DNA of 64,000 nt, from assembly GCA_044226015.1 (NCBI GenBank), contig JBGAHS010000004.1, positions 480,001 to 544,000 of the forward strand, read 5' to 3'. The notes below the pieces were generated by a model. The model worked only from the letters and a program-made list of their open reading frames with translations. It was not told the DNA's origin and did no database searches. Both the position numbers and the translations under genes were made by a program. This stretch comes from Candidatus Obscuribacteraceae bacterium (GTDB taxonomy: Bacteria > Cyanobacteriota > Vampirovibrionia > Obscuribacterales > Obscuribacteraceae). Positions 32,741 to 43,200 of this stretch are shown here, in pieces. How positions within the stretch are numbered: position 1 is the stretch's first letter; each line of letters starts with the position of its first letter.

Positions 32741-34051
32741 ATGGTGACCGCAAAAGCTACAGACAGAAATCTTGACTACTTGAAGATGGATGAACAACAT
32801 GTAAATCCGGTGCTTCACAGAAGTGCAAAAATTGTCGCCGAAAAAGCTCAGGGTTCATATATCTACGATATGAACGGTGATGCTTATCTGGACTTCACAA
32901 CAGGTATTGCTGTGAACAATGTTGGACACTGCCATCCGAAAGTTGTTGAGGCAGTGCAAAAGCAAGTTGCTGAATTGATGCACACATCTGTTGTGACACA
33001 TCATAAGCGCTACATCGAAGTCTGCAAAAAGCTCGCTGAAATCACACCTGGAAAGCTTGATTCGGTGTTCCTTGCAAACAGTGGTGCAGAGTGCGTTGAA
33101 GGCGCCATCAAATTGGCGCGTTACGTAACAGGCAGACCAGCTGTTATTAACTTCCGTGGTTCATTCCATGGCAGAACAATTTTCACAACCGCTTTGACTA
33201 CATCAAAGCTTGTTTATCGTGAAAAGTATGAGCCATTGCCAGGTTCTATTCACACAATTCCGTTCCCCTATGTTTATCGCTCGCATTTCAGAGGCAACCC
33301 TGAGGCCTGTGTTGATGACGTAATGCATCAAATCGACATGCTCTTCAAACAAATTGTTAGCCCAGAGCAAGTTGCTGCATTCCTGGTTGAGCCAGTTCAA
33401 GGTGAAGGCGGATATGTTCCAGCTCCACCGAGCTTCTTGAAGAAGTTGCGTGCAGTCGCTGACAAGCACGGTATTCTATTGATCATCGATGAAGTTCAGA
33501 CTGGTTTTGGCCGTACCGGCAAAATGTTCGCACTTGAGCATTATCCTGGCGTCGAAGCAGACATCTTCTTGATGGCGAAAGGAATTGCTGGCGGCATGCC
33601 GCTCTCAGCTTTCGCAACTCGCAAAGAGATTTCTCAAAAGTGGGCAGCGGGCAGACATGGCTCCACATTCGGTGGCAACCCAGTGTCTTGCGCGGCAGCT
33701 CTCGCTACAATCGAAGTTCTCGAAAGCGAAAAATTGTCTGAGCGTGCAGCCAAACTCGGTCATGAAATGCAAGAGTTCTTGCGTAAGGAACTAGGCAACA
33801 ACCCACGAGTTGGCGATATTCGCGGACTCGGCATGATGATTGGTGTCGAGTTCAACGAAGCTGATGGCAGCCCAAGCCACGACCTCGCTGAGAAGATTGC
33901 TGAAATTTGCTTCCAGCACAAGTTGCTCGTTTTGACTTGTGGAAGCCACGGACATGTAATTCGCTTGATTCCACCGCTAAACATCAGCGACGAAGACGCG
34001 AAGAAGGGTCTGGAAATCATCGTAAAAGCTGTAAGCGAAGCTTGCAAATAA
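32741..34051 (+). CDS. gabT: Class III PLP aminotransferase (GABA/5-aminovalerate aminotransferase-like)
   Basis: NSGAECVEGAIK, SFHGRT, EPVQGEGG, DEVQTGFGRTG, AKGIAGG, STFGGNP. GAGGAG SD. Substrate not certain. Confidence 0.8.
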   Translation: MVTAKATDRNLDYLKMDEQHVNPVLHRSAKIVAEKAQGSYIYDMNGDAYLDFTTGIAVNNVGHCHPKVVEAVQKQVAELMHTSVVTHHKRYIEVCKKLAEITPGKLDSVFLANSGAECVEGAIKLARYVTGRPAVINFRGSFHGRTIFTTALTTSKLVYREKYEPLPGSIHTIPFPYVYRSHFRGNPEACVDDVMHQIDMLFKQIVSPEQVAAFLVEPVQGEGGYVPAPPSFLKKLRAVADKHGILLIIDEVQTGFGRTGKMFALEHYPGVEADIFLMAKGIAGGMPLSAFATRKEISQKWAAGRHGSTFGGNPVSCAAALATIEVLESEKLSERAAKLGHEMQEFLRKELGNNPRVGDIRGLGMMIGVEFNEADGSPSHDLAEKIAEICFQHKLLVLTCGSHGHVIRLIPPLNISDEDAKKGLEIIVKAVSEACK

Positions 34052-34109
34052 TCATCGAGCAATGCAGTAAAGCTGCTTGCTATCAGTAACACAACCTATG
34101 GGGTGGACA

Positions 34110-35654
34110 ATGAGTACCAAAACCGAAGAAAAGAAAACAGAAGGAAAGCAAGGCGTGGTTCAGACCTACCAAAACTTCATAAACGGAAAATGGGTTAAAG
34201 CTAAGAGCGGCGAAACGTTCAGCAGCCACAACCCAGCTAACACCGACGATATCGTTGGACATTTCGCATCATCGAGTCCTGATGATGTTAAATCTGCTGT
34301 AGATGCTGCAGAAAAAGCATTTGCATCATGGCGCCGTACACCAGCTCCTACCAGAGCTGAAATGTTGTACAAGGCTGCTATGTTGCTCGAAGCTCGCAAA
34401 GAAGAACTTGCTCGCGCAATGACTCGCGAAATGGGCAAAGTCATCAAGGAAGCCAGAGGCGATGTACAGGAAGCTATTGATATGGCTAAGTACATGGCTG
34501 GCGAAGGTCGCCGTCTATTCGGTCAAACCGTTCCTTCAGAAATGCCAAACAAATTTGCAATGTCAGTTCGCTCACCTATCGGTGTAGTTGGAGTAATCAC
34601 TCCATGGAACTTCCCTGTTGCAATTCCAAGCTGGAAGATTTTTCCAGCATTGGTTGCTGGTAATACCGTTGTTTTCAAGCCCGCAACAGACACCGCACTT
34701 TGCGGCGTTATGTTTATTGAAATTCTCAACGAAGCTGGTTTTCCACCGGGCGTAATTAACCTGATCACCGGTGGTGGTGGCAGCTGCGGAATGGCAATTG
34801 TGAACGACCCACGTGTTCACGCAATCTCCATCACTGGTTCAACCCATGTGGGCAGGCAGGTTGCTGGACGTTGCGGCGAACTCATGAAGAGAATTTCTTG
34901 TGAGCTCGGCGGCAAAAATGCAATTTGCGTAATGGAAGATGCTGATCTCGACCTCGTTATCGAAGGCGCTGTTTGGGGTGCTTTCGGAACCGCTGGACAA
35001 AGATGCACAGCTACCAGCCGCATTATCGTTCACTCAAAGAAGTACAAAGAATTCTGCGATCGTTTCAGCGCTCGAGTTAAAGAATTGAAGATCGGAAATG
35101 GTCTTGATCCTGAAATCGAAGTCGGACCTGTTGTTAACAAGTCTCAGCTCGAAACTGTTCACGAATATGTTGAAATCGGTAAGAAGGAAGGCGCTAAGGT
35201 TATTGCTGGTGGCAACATTCTCAACCATGGCGAATTTGCTAAAGGCTACTTCCATGAGCCAACAGTCTTCTGTGATGTAAAAGCAGACATGCGTATTGCA
35301 CAAGAAGAAATCTTTGGACCAGTAACCGCTATCATCGAAGTTAAGAGCTTCGAAGAAGCACTCAAGGTAGCAAATGGCACCGAATATGGTTTGTCACTAG
35401 CTATGTACACCAATGATGTAAGCAGAGCGTTCACCGCTATGCAAGAACTCGAATCAGGAATTGTTTATATCAACGCTCCTACAATCGGTGCTGAGATTCA
35501 ACTTCCTTTCGGTGGTGTTAAGCAAACAGGCAACGGTCACAGAGAAGCTGGCACCGCTGCAATTGATCAATTTACAGAGTGGAAGTCGATTTACATCGAC
35601 TACTCGGGACGCCTGCAAAAGGCTCAAATCGACGCGTACGAAGAGAAGGAGTAA
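34110..35654 (+). CDS. NAD(P)-dependent aldehyde dehydrogenase (semialdehyde dehydrogenase)
   Basis: ITPWNFP, ELGGKN (catalytic Glu), GQRCTA (catalytic Cys), EEIFGP, PFGG. Confidence 0.92.
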   Translation: MSTKTEEKKTEGKQGVVQTYQNFINGKWVKAKSGETFSSHNPANTDDIVGHFASSSPDDVKSAVDAAEKAFASWRRTPAPTRAEMLYKAAMLLEARKEELARAMTREMGKVIKEARGDVQEAIDMAKYMAGEGRRLFGQTVPSEMPNKFAMSVRSPIGVVGVITPWNFPVAIPSWKIFPALVAGNTVVFKPATDTALCGVMFIEILNEAGFPPGVINLITGGGGSCGMAIVNDPRVHAISITGSTHVGRQVAGRCGELMKRISCELGGKNAICVMEDADLDLVIEGAVWGAFGTAGQRCTATSRIIVHSKKYKEFCDRFSARVKELKIGNGLDPEIEVGPVVNKSQLETVHEYVEIGKKEGAKVIAGGNILNHGEFAKGYFHEPTVFCDVKADMRIAQEEIFGPVTAIIEVKSFEEALKVANGTEYGLSLAMYTNDVSRAFTAMQELESGIVYINAPTIGAEIQLPFGGVKQTGNGHREAGTAAIDQFTEWKSIYIDYSGRLQKAQIDAYEEKE

Positions 35655-35663
35655 AGAGGAACC

Positions 35664-36863
35664 ATGGATTTTGATTTCACACCTGAACAGGTCGCTATGC
35701 GCAAGCACATGCGAGAATTTGCTGAGCGCGAAATTGCGCCTAAAGCACAGGAAAATGATCGCAAAGGCGAATTCGACTGGGATATCGCAAAGAAGATCTT
35801 TGCTGAAGGCTTCCTCGGTTGCCCCGTTCCTGAGAAGTACGGCGGTCTTGGAATGGACTACATCGCATATGGTTTGATGACTGAAGAAGTTAACCGCGTA
35901 TGTTCGTCAACTCGTACATTGTTCTCAGTTCAAACTTCATTGGTGGCACTCACCATTTTGAAGTGGGGAACAGAAGAGCAGAAGAAAGCCCTTCTTCCAA
36001 AAATGTGCTCTGGCGAATACCTCGGCTGCTTCGGATTGACTGAACCAGAAGCTGGCAGTGACGCTGCTAATCAGCAGACCCGCGCTGTCAAAGACGGTGG
36101 TGATTACCTGTTGACCGGTCAGAAGACATGGATCTCCTGCGGTAAAATCGCAACACACGCTCTCGTGTTTGCTACCGTAGATGGTTCCAAGGGTCACGAA
36201 GGCATCACTTGCTTCATCGTTGACACCAAAGCGAAAGGCTTCGAAGCTGTTCCAATTAAGGGCAAGCTCGGTCTTCGTGCTTCCGATACATCAACATTGT
36301 TCCTTGATGATGTTCGCGTTCCAGCTGAAAACATTCTTGGAAAAGTTGGCGAAGGATTCAAGATCGCAATGTCTGCTCTGGATAACGGACGTTTCTCCGT
36401 TGCAGCAGGAGCTATCGGTTTGGTTCAAGGTTGTATCGACCAGTGCACCACCTACGCAATGCAGCGCAAGACTTTCGGTGTTCCAATTGGACAACATCAA
36501 CAAGTTCAAGCAATGATTGCTAACATGGTTGCTGATTGCGAAGCAGGACGCTTGTTGTACCTCCGCGCAGCTCATTTGAAGAACAAAGGCGTTCGTAATA
36601 CGCTTGAGACTTCAATCGCTAAGTTGTTCTGCGGCGAAGCTGCAAACCGTGCCGGTCACGATGCAGTTCAAATCTTCGGTGGCTACGGATTCTCCGACGA
36701 GTATCCAGTAGAGCGTTATTTCCGTGACGCTAAAGTACTCAATATCTACGAAGGCACCCGCGAAATTCAACGTCTGATCATCGGACAAGATGCTCTGGGT
36801 ATCCGCTACGCTAACGGTAGCAAAACTGGTACTCCAACAGCACTTGCTGGTATCGGCGTCTAG
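35664..36863 (+). CDS. Acyl-CoA dehydrogenase, glutaryl-CoA dehydrogenase-like
   Basis: FGLTEPEAGSD, KTWIS, QIFGGYG, IYEGT. SSTRTLFSVQTSLV resembles the Arg-containing segment of glutaryl-CoA dehydrogenases. Confidence 0.85.
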   Translation: MDFDFTPEQVAMRKHMREFAEREIAPKAQENDRKGEFDWDIAKKIFAEGFLGCPVPEKYGGLGMDYIAYGLMTEEVNRVCSSTRTLFSVQTSLVALTILKWGTEEQKKALLPKMCSGEYLGCFGLTEPEAGSDAANQQTRAVKDGGDYLLTGQKTWISCGKIATHALVFATVDGSKGHEGITCFIVDTKAKGFEAVPIKGKLGLRASDTSTLFLDDVRVPAENILGKVGEGFKIAMSALDNGRFSVAAGAIGLVQGCIDQCTTYAMQRKTFGVPIGQHQQVQAMIANMVADCEAGRLLYLRAAHLKNKGVRNTLETSIAKLFCGEAANRAGHDAVQIFGGYGFSDEYPVERYFRDAKVLNIYEGTREIQRLIIGQDALGIRYANGSKTGTPTALAGIGV

Positions 36864-36883
36864 TTCGTAGTAACGATTGAATT

Positions 36884-36918
36884 AAGGGCGGCATCTTCGG
36901 GTGCCGCCCTTTCTCTTG
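36884..36918 (+). terminator. Intrinsic terminator
   Basis: AAGGGCGGCATC-TTCG-GGTGCCGCCCTT followed by TCTCTT. Confidence 0.85.
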
Positions 36919-37267
36919 CCGAGTCTTTTTCCTTGCTTATCAATGTCCGATAAAGTTGCTTGGAGTGCTCGCAAGCTCCATTTAAGCCTTCCAGCGAGAA
37001 ATGCACGTTAGATTTTAAGCTACCGATAACATAGACAGCATTTGTCCGGTGATCCCGAATCTTATAGCTAGCAATGCTTTTCGCGACTCGAAATTCGTCT
37101 TGAATCCTGGCTCTTGTCGGAAAACGTATTCCAGCCAACCTTTTTTCGGTTTGCCCGCTATAAGGTAGGCGAAACAGTGCATATACATTTATGGCACTGC
37201 GTGTAGCAACTCGTCTACAGGGGAACGCGTGTCGGTAGGGCGGGTGCCTTTGGGGAGGGTTCCGAAT

Positions 37268-40200
37268 ATGTATCAAAACAGCTGGCGAAATTATCGCCTG
37301 GTGGCGGTCATGGCTGTCTGCACAATAGTCTATGCGCAGATTTTGCCAGCTATGGCAGCTGAGCTTGTGCCCACAAATGCTGCCTCGATTCCTGTCAAAC
37401 CATCTCTTCCCCTGCAGCTGAATTTGTCGAGTGCTGGAAAAACGGTACGGGCGCCTTCGGGGCTGTCTAGCCCGGTGTCCATAACTGTCGGCGGCCAGCA
37501 ACAGCTCGTCAATTCCGGCATGATGCTCACCCCAGCACAAGCCGTGGCTGTGCAACAAGTTTTGAACACAGGAACCCAATCTCTTCTCCTCAGCATGCTT
37601 GGTACTGCCTCTGGTGGCTCTGTTGTGTTGCCCGAACAACGATTTTCCTCAATCGTCGTGCCCCGAGGAGTAACCGTTATCAGTGATAATAGCTCTGGAA
37701 ACGGGCTCAACCTCAGCGGAACTATTCGCAATGCTGGCAATTTCTACGCCGTATCTACTAACTCCATGGTTAACAATGCGTCTATTTCGGCATTTAGCAT
37801 TAACAATCTGAGTGGTGGTCTTATAAGTAGCGTGTTGCCGTCTGGCGGACTAGCTGGATTTTCTAACGCTGTCGGTAATCTAAGTCTCACCTTGAATGTT
37901 GCTGAGCGCTTGATGAATCAAGGCCATATTTCTAGCGCCGGTGCTTTAAACATCGTCGGAACAACGCCCAATTTACTGGTCAACAGCACCGGTGGCACGA
38001 TGTCTGCGGTCACGTCCATCAATGTTTCGAATCTTCCGAACAGCTCCGGAAATATTGCGGTAATCGGAGGCAATTGGATAAGCCCTGTGTTCAACGTCAA
38101 CGCATGCACCAGTAACGTTCTGGTAAATGTGCAGCAGCTAAGTGGTATCGTGAACGTTGCCGCTGCCAATGCCCACGTATTTGCGAACACCAGTGAGCTT
38201 CTTCTCGGAGATATGAACATTACGGAAGACCCCACCTTTTTCAACCTGGGGTCAATCAGCGTGGTCGGACAGCCACCTAATACAGCTAACGAAGCTTTGA
38301 CAATAATCTCCACTGCGGACATTGATTTGGGTTCGTTCATCTACAATACCAACCAGACTGGTGCTGCTGCACAGGGCTATGACATTACCGTCATTGCTGG
38401 CGCCAATGCTGTAGCACCGTTTCCATCTCCATTGACAAGCAATCTTTCCGCAGCGATAAATAGCGGAACAGTTAAAGTTGTATCAACCGGCTCGCTTGGT
38501 GGCTCAACCACGGGTGGATCGATTACATGTAACGGTTGCACACTCAATACTTCATCTACTGGCGTTCTCAATTCTGGAAATATAATGCTTGCGGCGTATC
38601 AGGGCACGACGGTGGGAAGTGGCAACATCGATCTCAGCAACTCTACACTCACAACGAGCAGTGTAAGTGGCAATCCAGGAAATATTACAGTGATTGCACC
38701 ATCGGGAATTATTCTAAACACGATTGCTGCTAGTGGTGGTACCGGTGGTGCGAAAATTACGGTAAATTCGGCGCACCCCACGGGCAGTTTAACAGCAGCT
38801 GTCGATGGTAGTGTGACTGGCTCACTGAGTCCCTCTGCTGTTTCACAACTTGGTGTCATCTCTTTGAATGGAGCCATCTCTGCACCATCTGCAACCTTGC
38901 AGGTGACTTCTGGTGGCAACATCATCGTTGATAATAATATCACCACGAGTGGAATTGCCGGAACTGGAGCCTCAGGAGGCAACATCAGTATTAGTTCTGG
39001 CGGCGACATTTCACTTGGTCTCAATAATCTAGCTAATCTTTCTATCTCAGCCATTGGTGCTAGTGGTGTCTTCAATGCAGCCCAAGTTGGAGGTGCCGGT
39101 GGCGCTGGTGGCATCGTCAATTTAGCCGCTAACGGTAATTTTATTAAGAATGCAAACTTTCTACCCTACTCTGTGAACACCACAGGCGGAGCCGGTGCCT
39201 TAGGAGGAGCTGGGCTGGCTGGTGGGGCTGGTGGAGTCGGCGGCAAGATCACTGTGTTCTGCCGTTCGATGGATCTGACCCTAGGTTTGACCGCAGGCAC
39301 ACTTACTGCGTCCGGCGGTGTCGGCGGAGCCGGAGGAGCGGGGGTCGCTGGTGCTGTTGGTACCGCTTCGAGCGCTGGAGGCGCAGGTGGCGCTGGTGGT
39401 AATGGAGGCAATGGTGGAGCGGCTGGTACTATCAGCCTGACTGGAACTAACGTCAATCCGTATAACGTGCCAACGCTTACGAGCATCGGAGGTGCTGGTG
39501 GCGTCGGCGGTATCGCTGGAGCGGGGGGAGCGGCCGGCTCGAACATTCAGGCCGGTGCCGGAGGCATCTCAGGCAATGGAGGAGCTGGCGGCGCGGGTGG
39601 AACTATTTCAGTTAAGAGTACTGGTATTGCTGTTCTATCGTTGCAAAATACGATTAATGCTAGTGGAGGGCTGGGAGGTGCTGCTGGTCTAGCCGCAGCA
39701 GTTAACAACAATGCTTCAGGAATTGGGGGCGCCGGTAGCTCCACTGGAAGCGGTGGCGCTGGTGGTGCTGGCGGTGTCATCGATATTGCCGCAGCCAATT
39801 CAGTGAATTTTACAGTCTCGGGGTCGAGTGTCCAGCTCAGGACCATCGGCGGAGATGGTGGTGCTTCGGCGTCGGCCTCGGCCGGCGGACTCAGTGGTAA
39901 TGGAGCTGGCGCCAACGGTGGCAGTGCTGGAAATTCAGGTAATGGTGGTGCAGGCGGCAAGATAACTGTGACGTCTTCATCTGGAGGTATTTCGGCACTG
40001 GTTGGAAACCTGGCTATTCTAGCCACTGGGGGAAGCGGAGGCTTAGCAAGCACCGGTTTAGGCGGAAATGGAGGCGTGGGCTCAACTGATGGTGGCAATG
40101 GTGGTTCAGGAGCCTCAATAGGCAATGCTGGAAATGGTGGAACTATTACACTCACTGCGGCCAAGGGAACAATTTCTCTTGGGGCAACAGCTGGTTCAGC

Positions 40201-43200
40201 GTCGCAAGTTTCAGCCTATGGAGGATTCAACTCCGCTTTGACTTCCGGTAATGGAGGTGCTGGAGCTGCAGCAACAGGTGCGGGCAAAGGAGGTTCGGCT
40301 GGTGCGGCTGGTGCCAATGCAAAATTGGGTGCAGGCGGTAATGGTGGCGCTATTACACTGAGTGCGAAAATTGTGGATTTTGTTAATTCCACGGTCAATG
40401 TTTCCGGCGGTGCTGGTGCCAACGGAGGTAGCGCTGGACTAGCAGGCGCCTCAACCTTTGGAATCAGCGGAAATGGTGCTGCTGGTGGTTCTGGTGGCGC
40501 CGGTGGTTCTGCCGGCGCTCTTACAGTGAATGCTACAGATACGCTAGCAGTTACTACAATTACTTCTAACCAGAGTTTCAGCCTCAATGGTGGTGCTGGC
40601 GGACTTGGAGCCGCCGGTTCCGCTGGGGCTGGGTCTGTTGACAGCTCCAGGGCTGGCGACGGGGGTGCCGGTGGTGCTGGTGGCGCTGGCGGTAATGGCG
40701 GCATATACATCTTTAATAGTTTACGCAATTTTGCCCTCAATGGTTCTTTAGCCGCTTCAGGTTCGACTGGCGGCGCTGGTGGTGCAGGTGGTGGCAGTGC
40801 TAGTGCCCTGACTGGTGCTAGCGGCGGACTAGGTGGCGCTGGAGCCAAAGGCGGTAATGCAGGTTCAATTACAATAAACACTTCTTCCATTCTTTCATCA
40901 GCAACTGCTGGCAGCATCACTGCTTCAGGTGGTGTTGGTGGCGCCGGTGGCGCAGGCGGTGCAGGCAGCGCTGCTCTGGGTAGCGGTAATGGCGGAAATG
41001 GTGGAGCTGGCGGTAATTCTGCCAACGGTGGCAACGGCGGTGTATTGTCAGTCACGGCTAGCGGGACCATGAGCTTTTTCACGCTGACCACCAATGGTGG
41101 AGCGGCTGGCAGCCCAGGTAACGGTGGAGCGGGCGGAGCTGCTAGCGCTACTGTAGGAGGAAATGGTGGCAATGGCGGCAAGACTGGAATCGGGGCGAGT
41201 GGTGGTGTAGGCGGTACCATTACTCTCAAGGGAGACCCCGCCAACAGTTCAGTCACTCTACAAGGTAACCTTGCTGCCAGCGGCGGAGCCGGTAGTGCTA
41301 TAAGTGCGACAGGGGGTGCAGGAGGCGCCGGTAATACTTTGGGTGGAGTTGGCGGAGCTGGTTTGACTTCGGGAAGCGGAGGGCTCGCTGGCAAAATTAC
41401 TGTTACCGGCGGTGACATTCAATACTCTAATGGAGCGGCTACGCTAATTAGCATCACAGCTAATGGTGGAAACGGTGGTCTTCGCTCCAATGGTGGGAAC
41501 GGTGGTGCAGCCACTGCAGGAGCAGGCGGCGCCGGCGGAAATGCAGGAAATGCCGGAAATGCAGCCAATGGCGGAGTCGTCACTATGACCGCATTCAAGA
41601 GTACAGGACAGATAGCTAACAGCGGTGCAATAGGCCTTGCTATAAGCGCTATTGGCGGGCTCAGTTCTGTAGCTGCGGCAAGCGGAGTTGGGGGTAATGG
41701 TGGGCAAGGTGCTACGAATGGTGGTAATGGTGGACTGGGCGCAAATTCTGCTCTTCAGGGTAATGGTGGCAGCATCGTGCTTACCGCACCAGCCGGCATA
41801 AGTACCGGAACGGCAGGAGCTGCAGCTTTGACTGCGACAGGGAATGGTTCTGCTGTTGGCAGAGGTGGTGCTGGTGGAACAGGCGGTGATGCCCCACTGG
41901 CGACCAATGGAGTAGGTAATGGTGGCACAGGCGGTGCCGGCGGCAAGGGCGTTGCCGGTGGCAAAGGCGGAACCATAACCCTCAATACTGTAAACGGAAA
42001 CATCATCTTGCAAGGTACTGTTTCGGTCAGTGGTGGCGCCGGCGCTGGTGGTGGCAACGGCGGAGCCGGTGGTGGTTCAGTAGGTAATAAAGCTGGTAAT
42101 GGTGGCAATGGAGGACTCTCCGCTGCTGGTGGTGCAGGTGGCACTATCACGCTTAACGGGGGAGGCACCGTTCTCAGTATCAACAATGCTATCACTGCGC
42201 TTGGTGGAGTCGGTGGCGCAGGTGGCGCGGGCGGAAGCTCGACAACAATTAACGTAAACGGAGGACTGCTGGGCGGTAATGGTGGCACAGCCACAGCTGG
42301 TGCTGCCGGCGGTGCAGGTGGACTCATCAATATTACTGCGCTCAAAGCTACTGCAACACTGTCTGCAAATGCTGTTCTTCTTAACGCTAGTGCCGGAAAT
42401 GGTGGAGCCGGAGGCGCCGGCGGTGCAGGTAGTCGAGGTGTGACAGGTGGTATTGGCTCTGCGGGAGGCGCCGGTGCTGTCGGTGGCAAAGGCGGAACTC
42501 TTAAAATCAGTACATTTGCCTTTAACGCTTCTGCTTCAACTCAAGCCACGTTAGGACTTCTGACAGCTAACGGTGGGAATGCCGGAGCCGGCGGAGCAGG
42601 TGGTGCAGGCGGTGCGTCCGCGACTGGTGGCAACGGTGGCAAAGCTGGGGTTGGTGGTAGTGGAGGTGCTGGTGGACTTGGCGGGCAGCTCAGTATCAAT
42701 ACAATGGACACTTCGAACGCCGTGGGCTTAAATCTCTCCCATGCAAGCGCTGCAGCGCTTTCAGCGTCTGCTTTCGGCGGTAATGGCGGTGCCGGCGGAG
42801 CCGGAGGTGCTGGAGCATTCAGCTCTTACGCTGCAGCAGGCAGCGCCGGTGCTGGTGGCATCGGCGGAGCGGGGGCAAAAGCTGGAACTATAGTAATCAG
42901 CAGCAAAAACGAACTTATATTTGATGGTGTTGACGTCTCCGGCGGCAACGCAGGGGCTGGCGGAGCAGGAGGTTCGAATGCTAATGGAACATTTACCTAT
43001 AATGCAATGAATGTTGCTGGCGCAGGTGGTGCTGGTGGCAAAGGCGGTGCTGCTGGAGCTGGAGGCTCACTTGCACTCTCCGCATCAGACTTGAGTTTTC
43101 TTCCCACGAACCAGTTTACTGTGACGCTCTTAGACCTTTCTGGTGGAAACGGTGGGACTGGCGGAGCTGGTGGCGCTGGCGGACGTTCTAACGTGGCAGC

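Noticed and set aside
36860..37639. 259-aa minus-strand ORF
   Set aside because: Overlaps the start of the giant gene and a terminator, and has unnatural composition.
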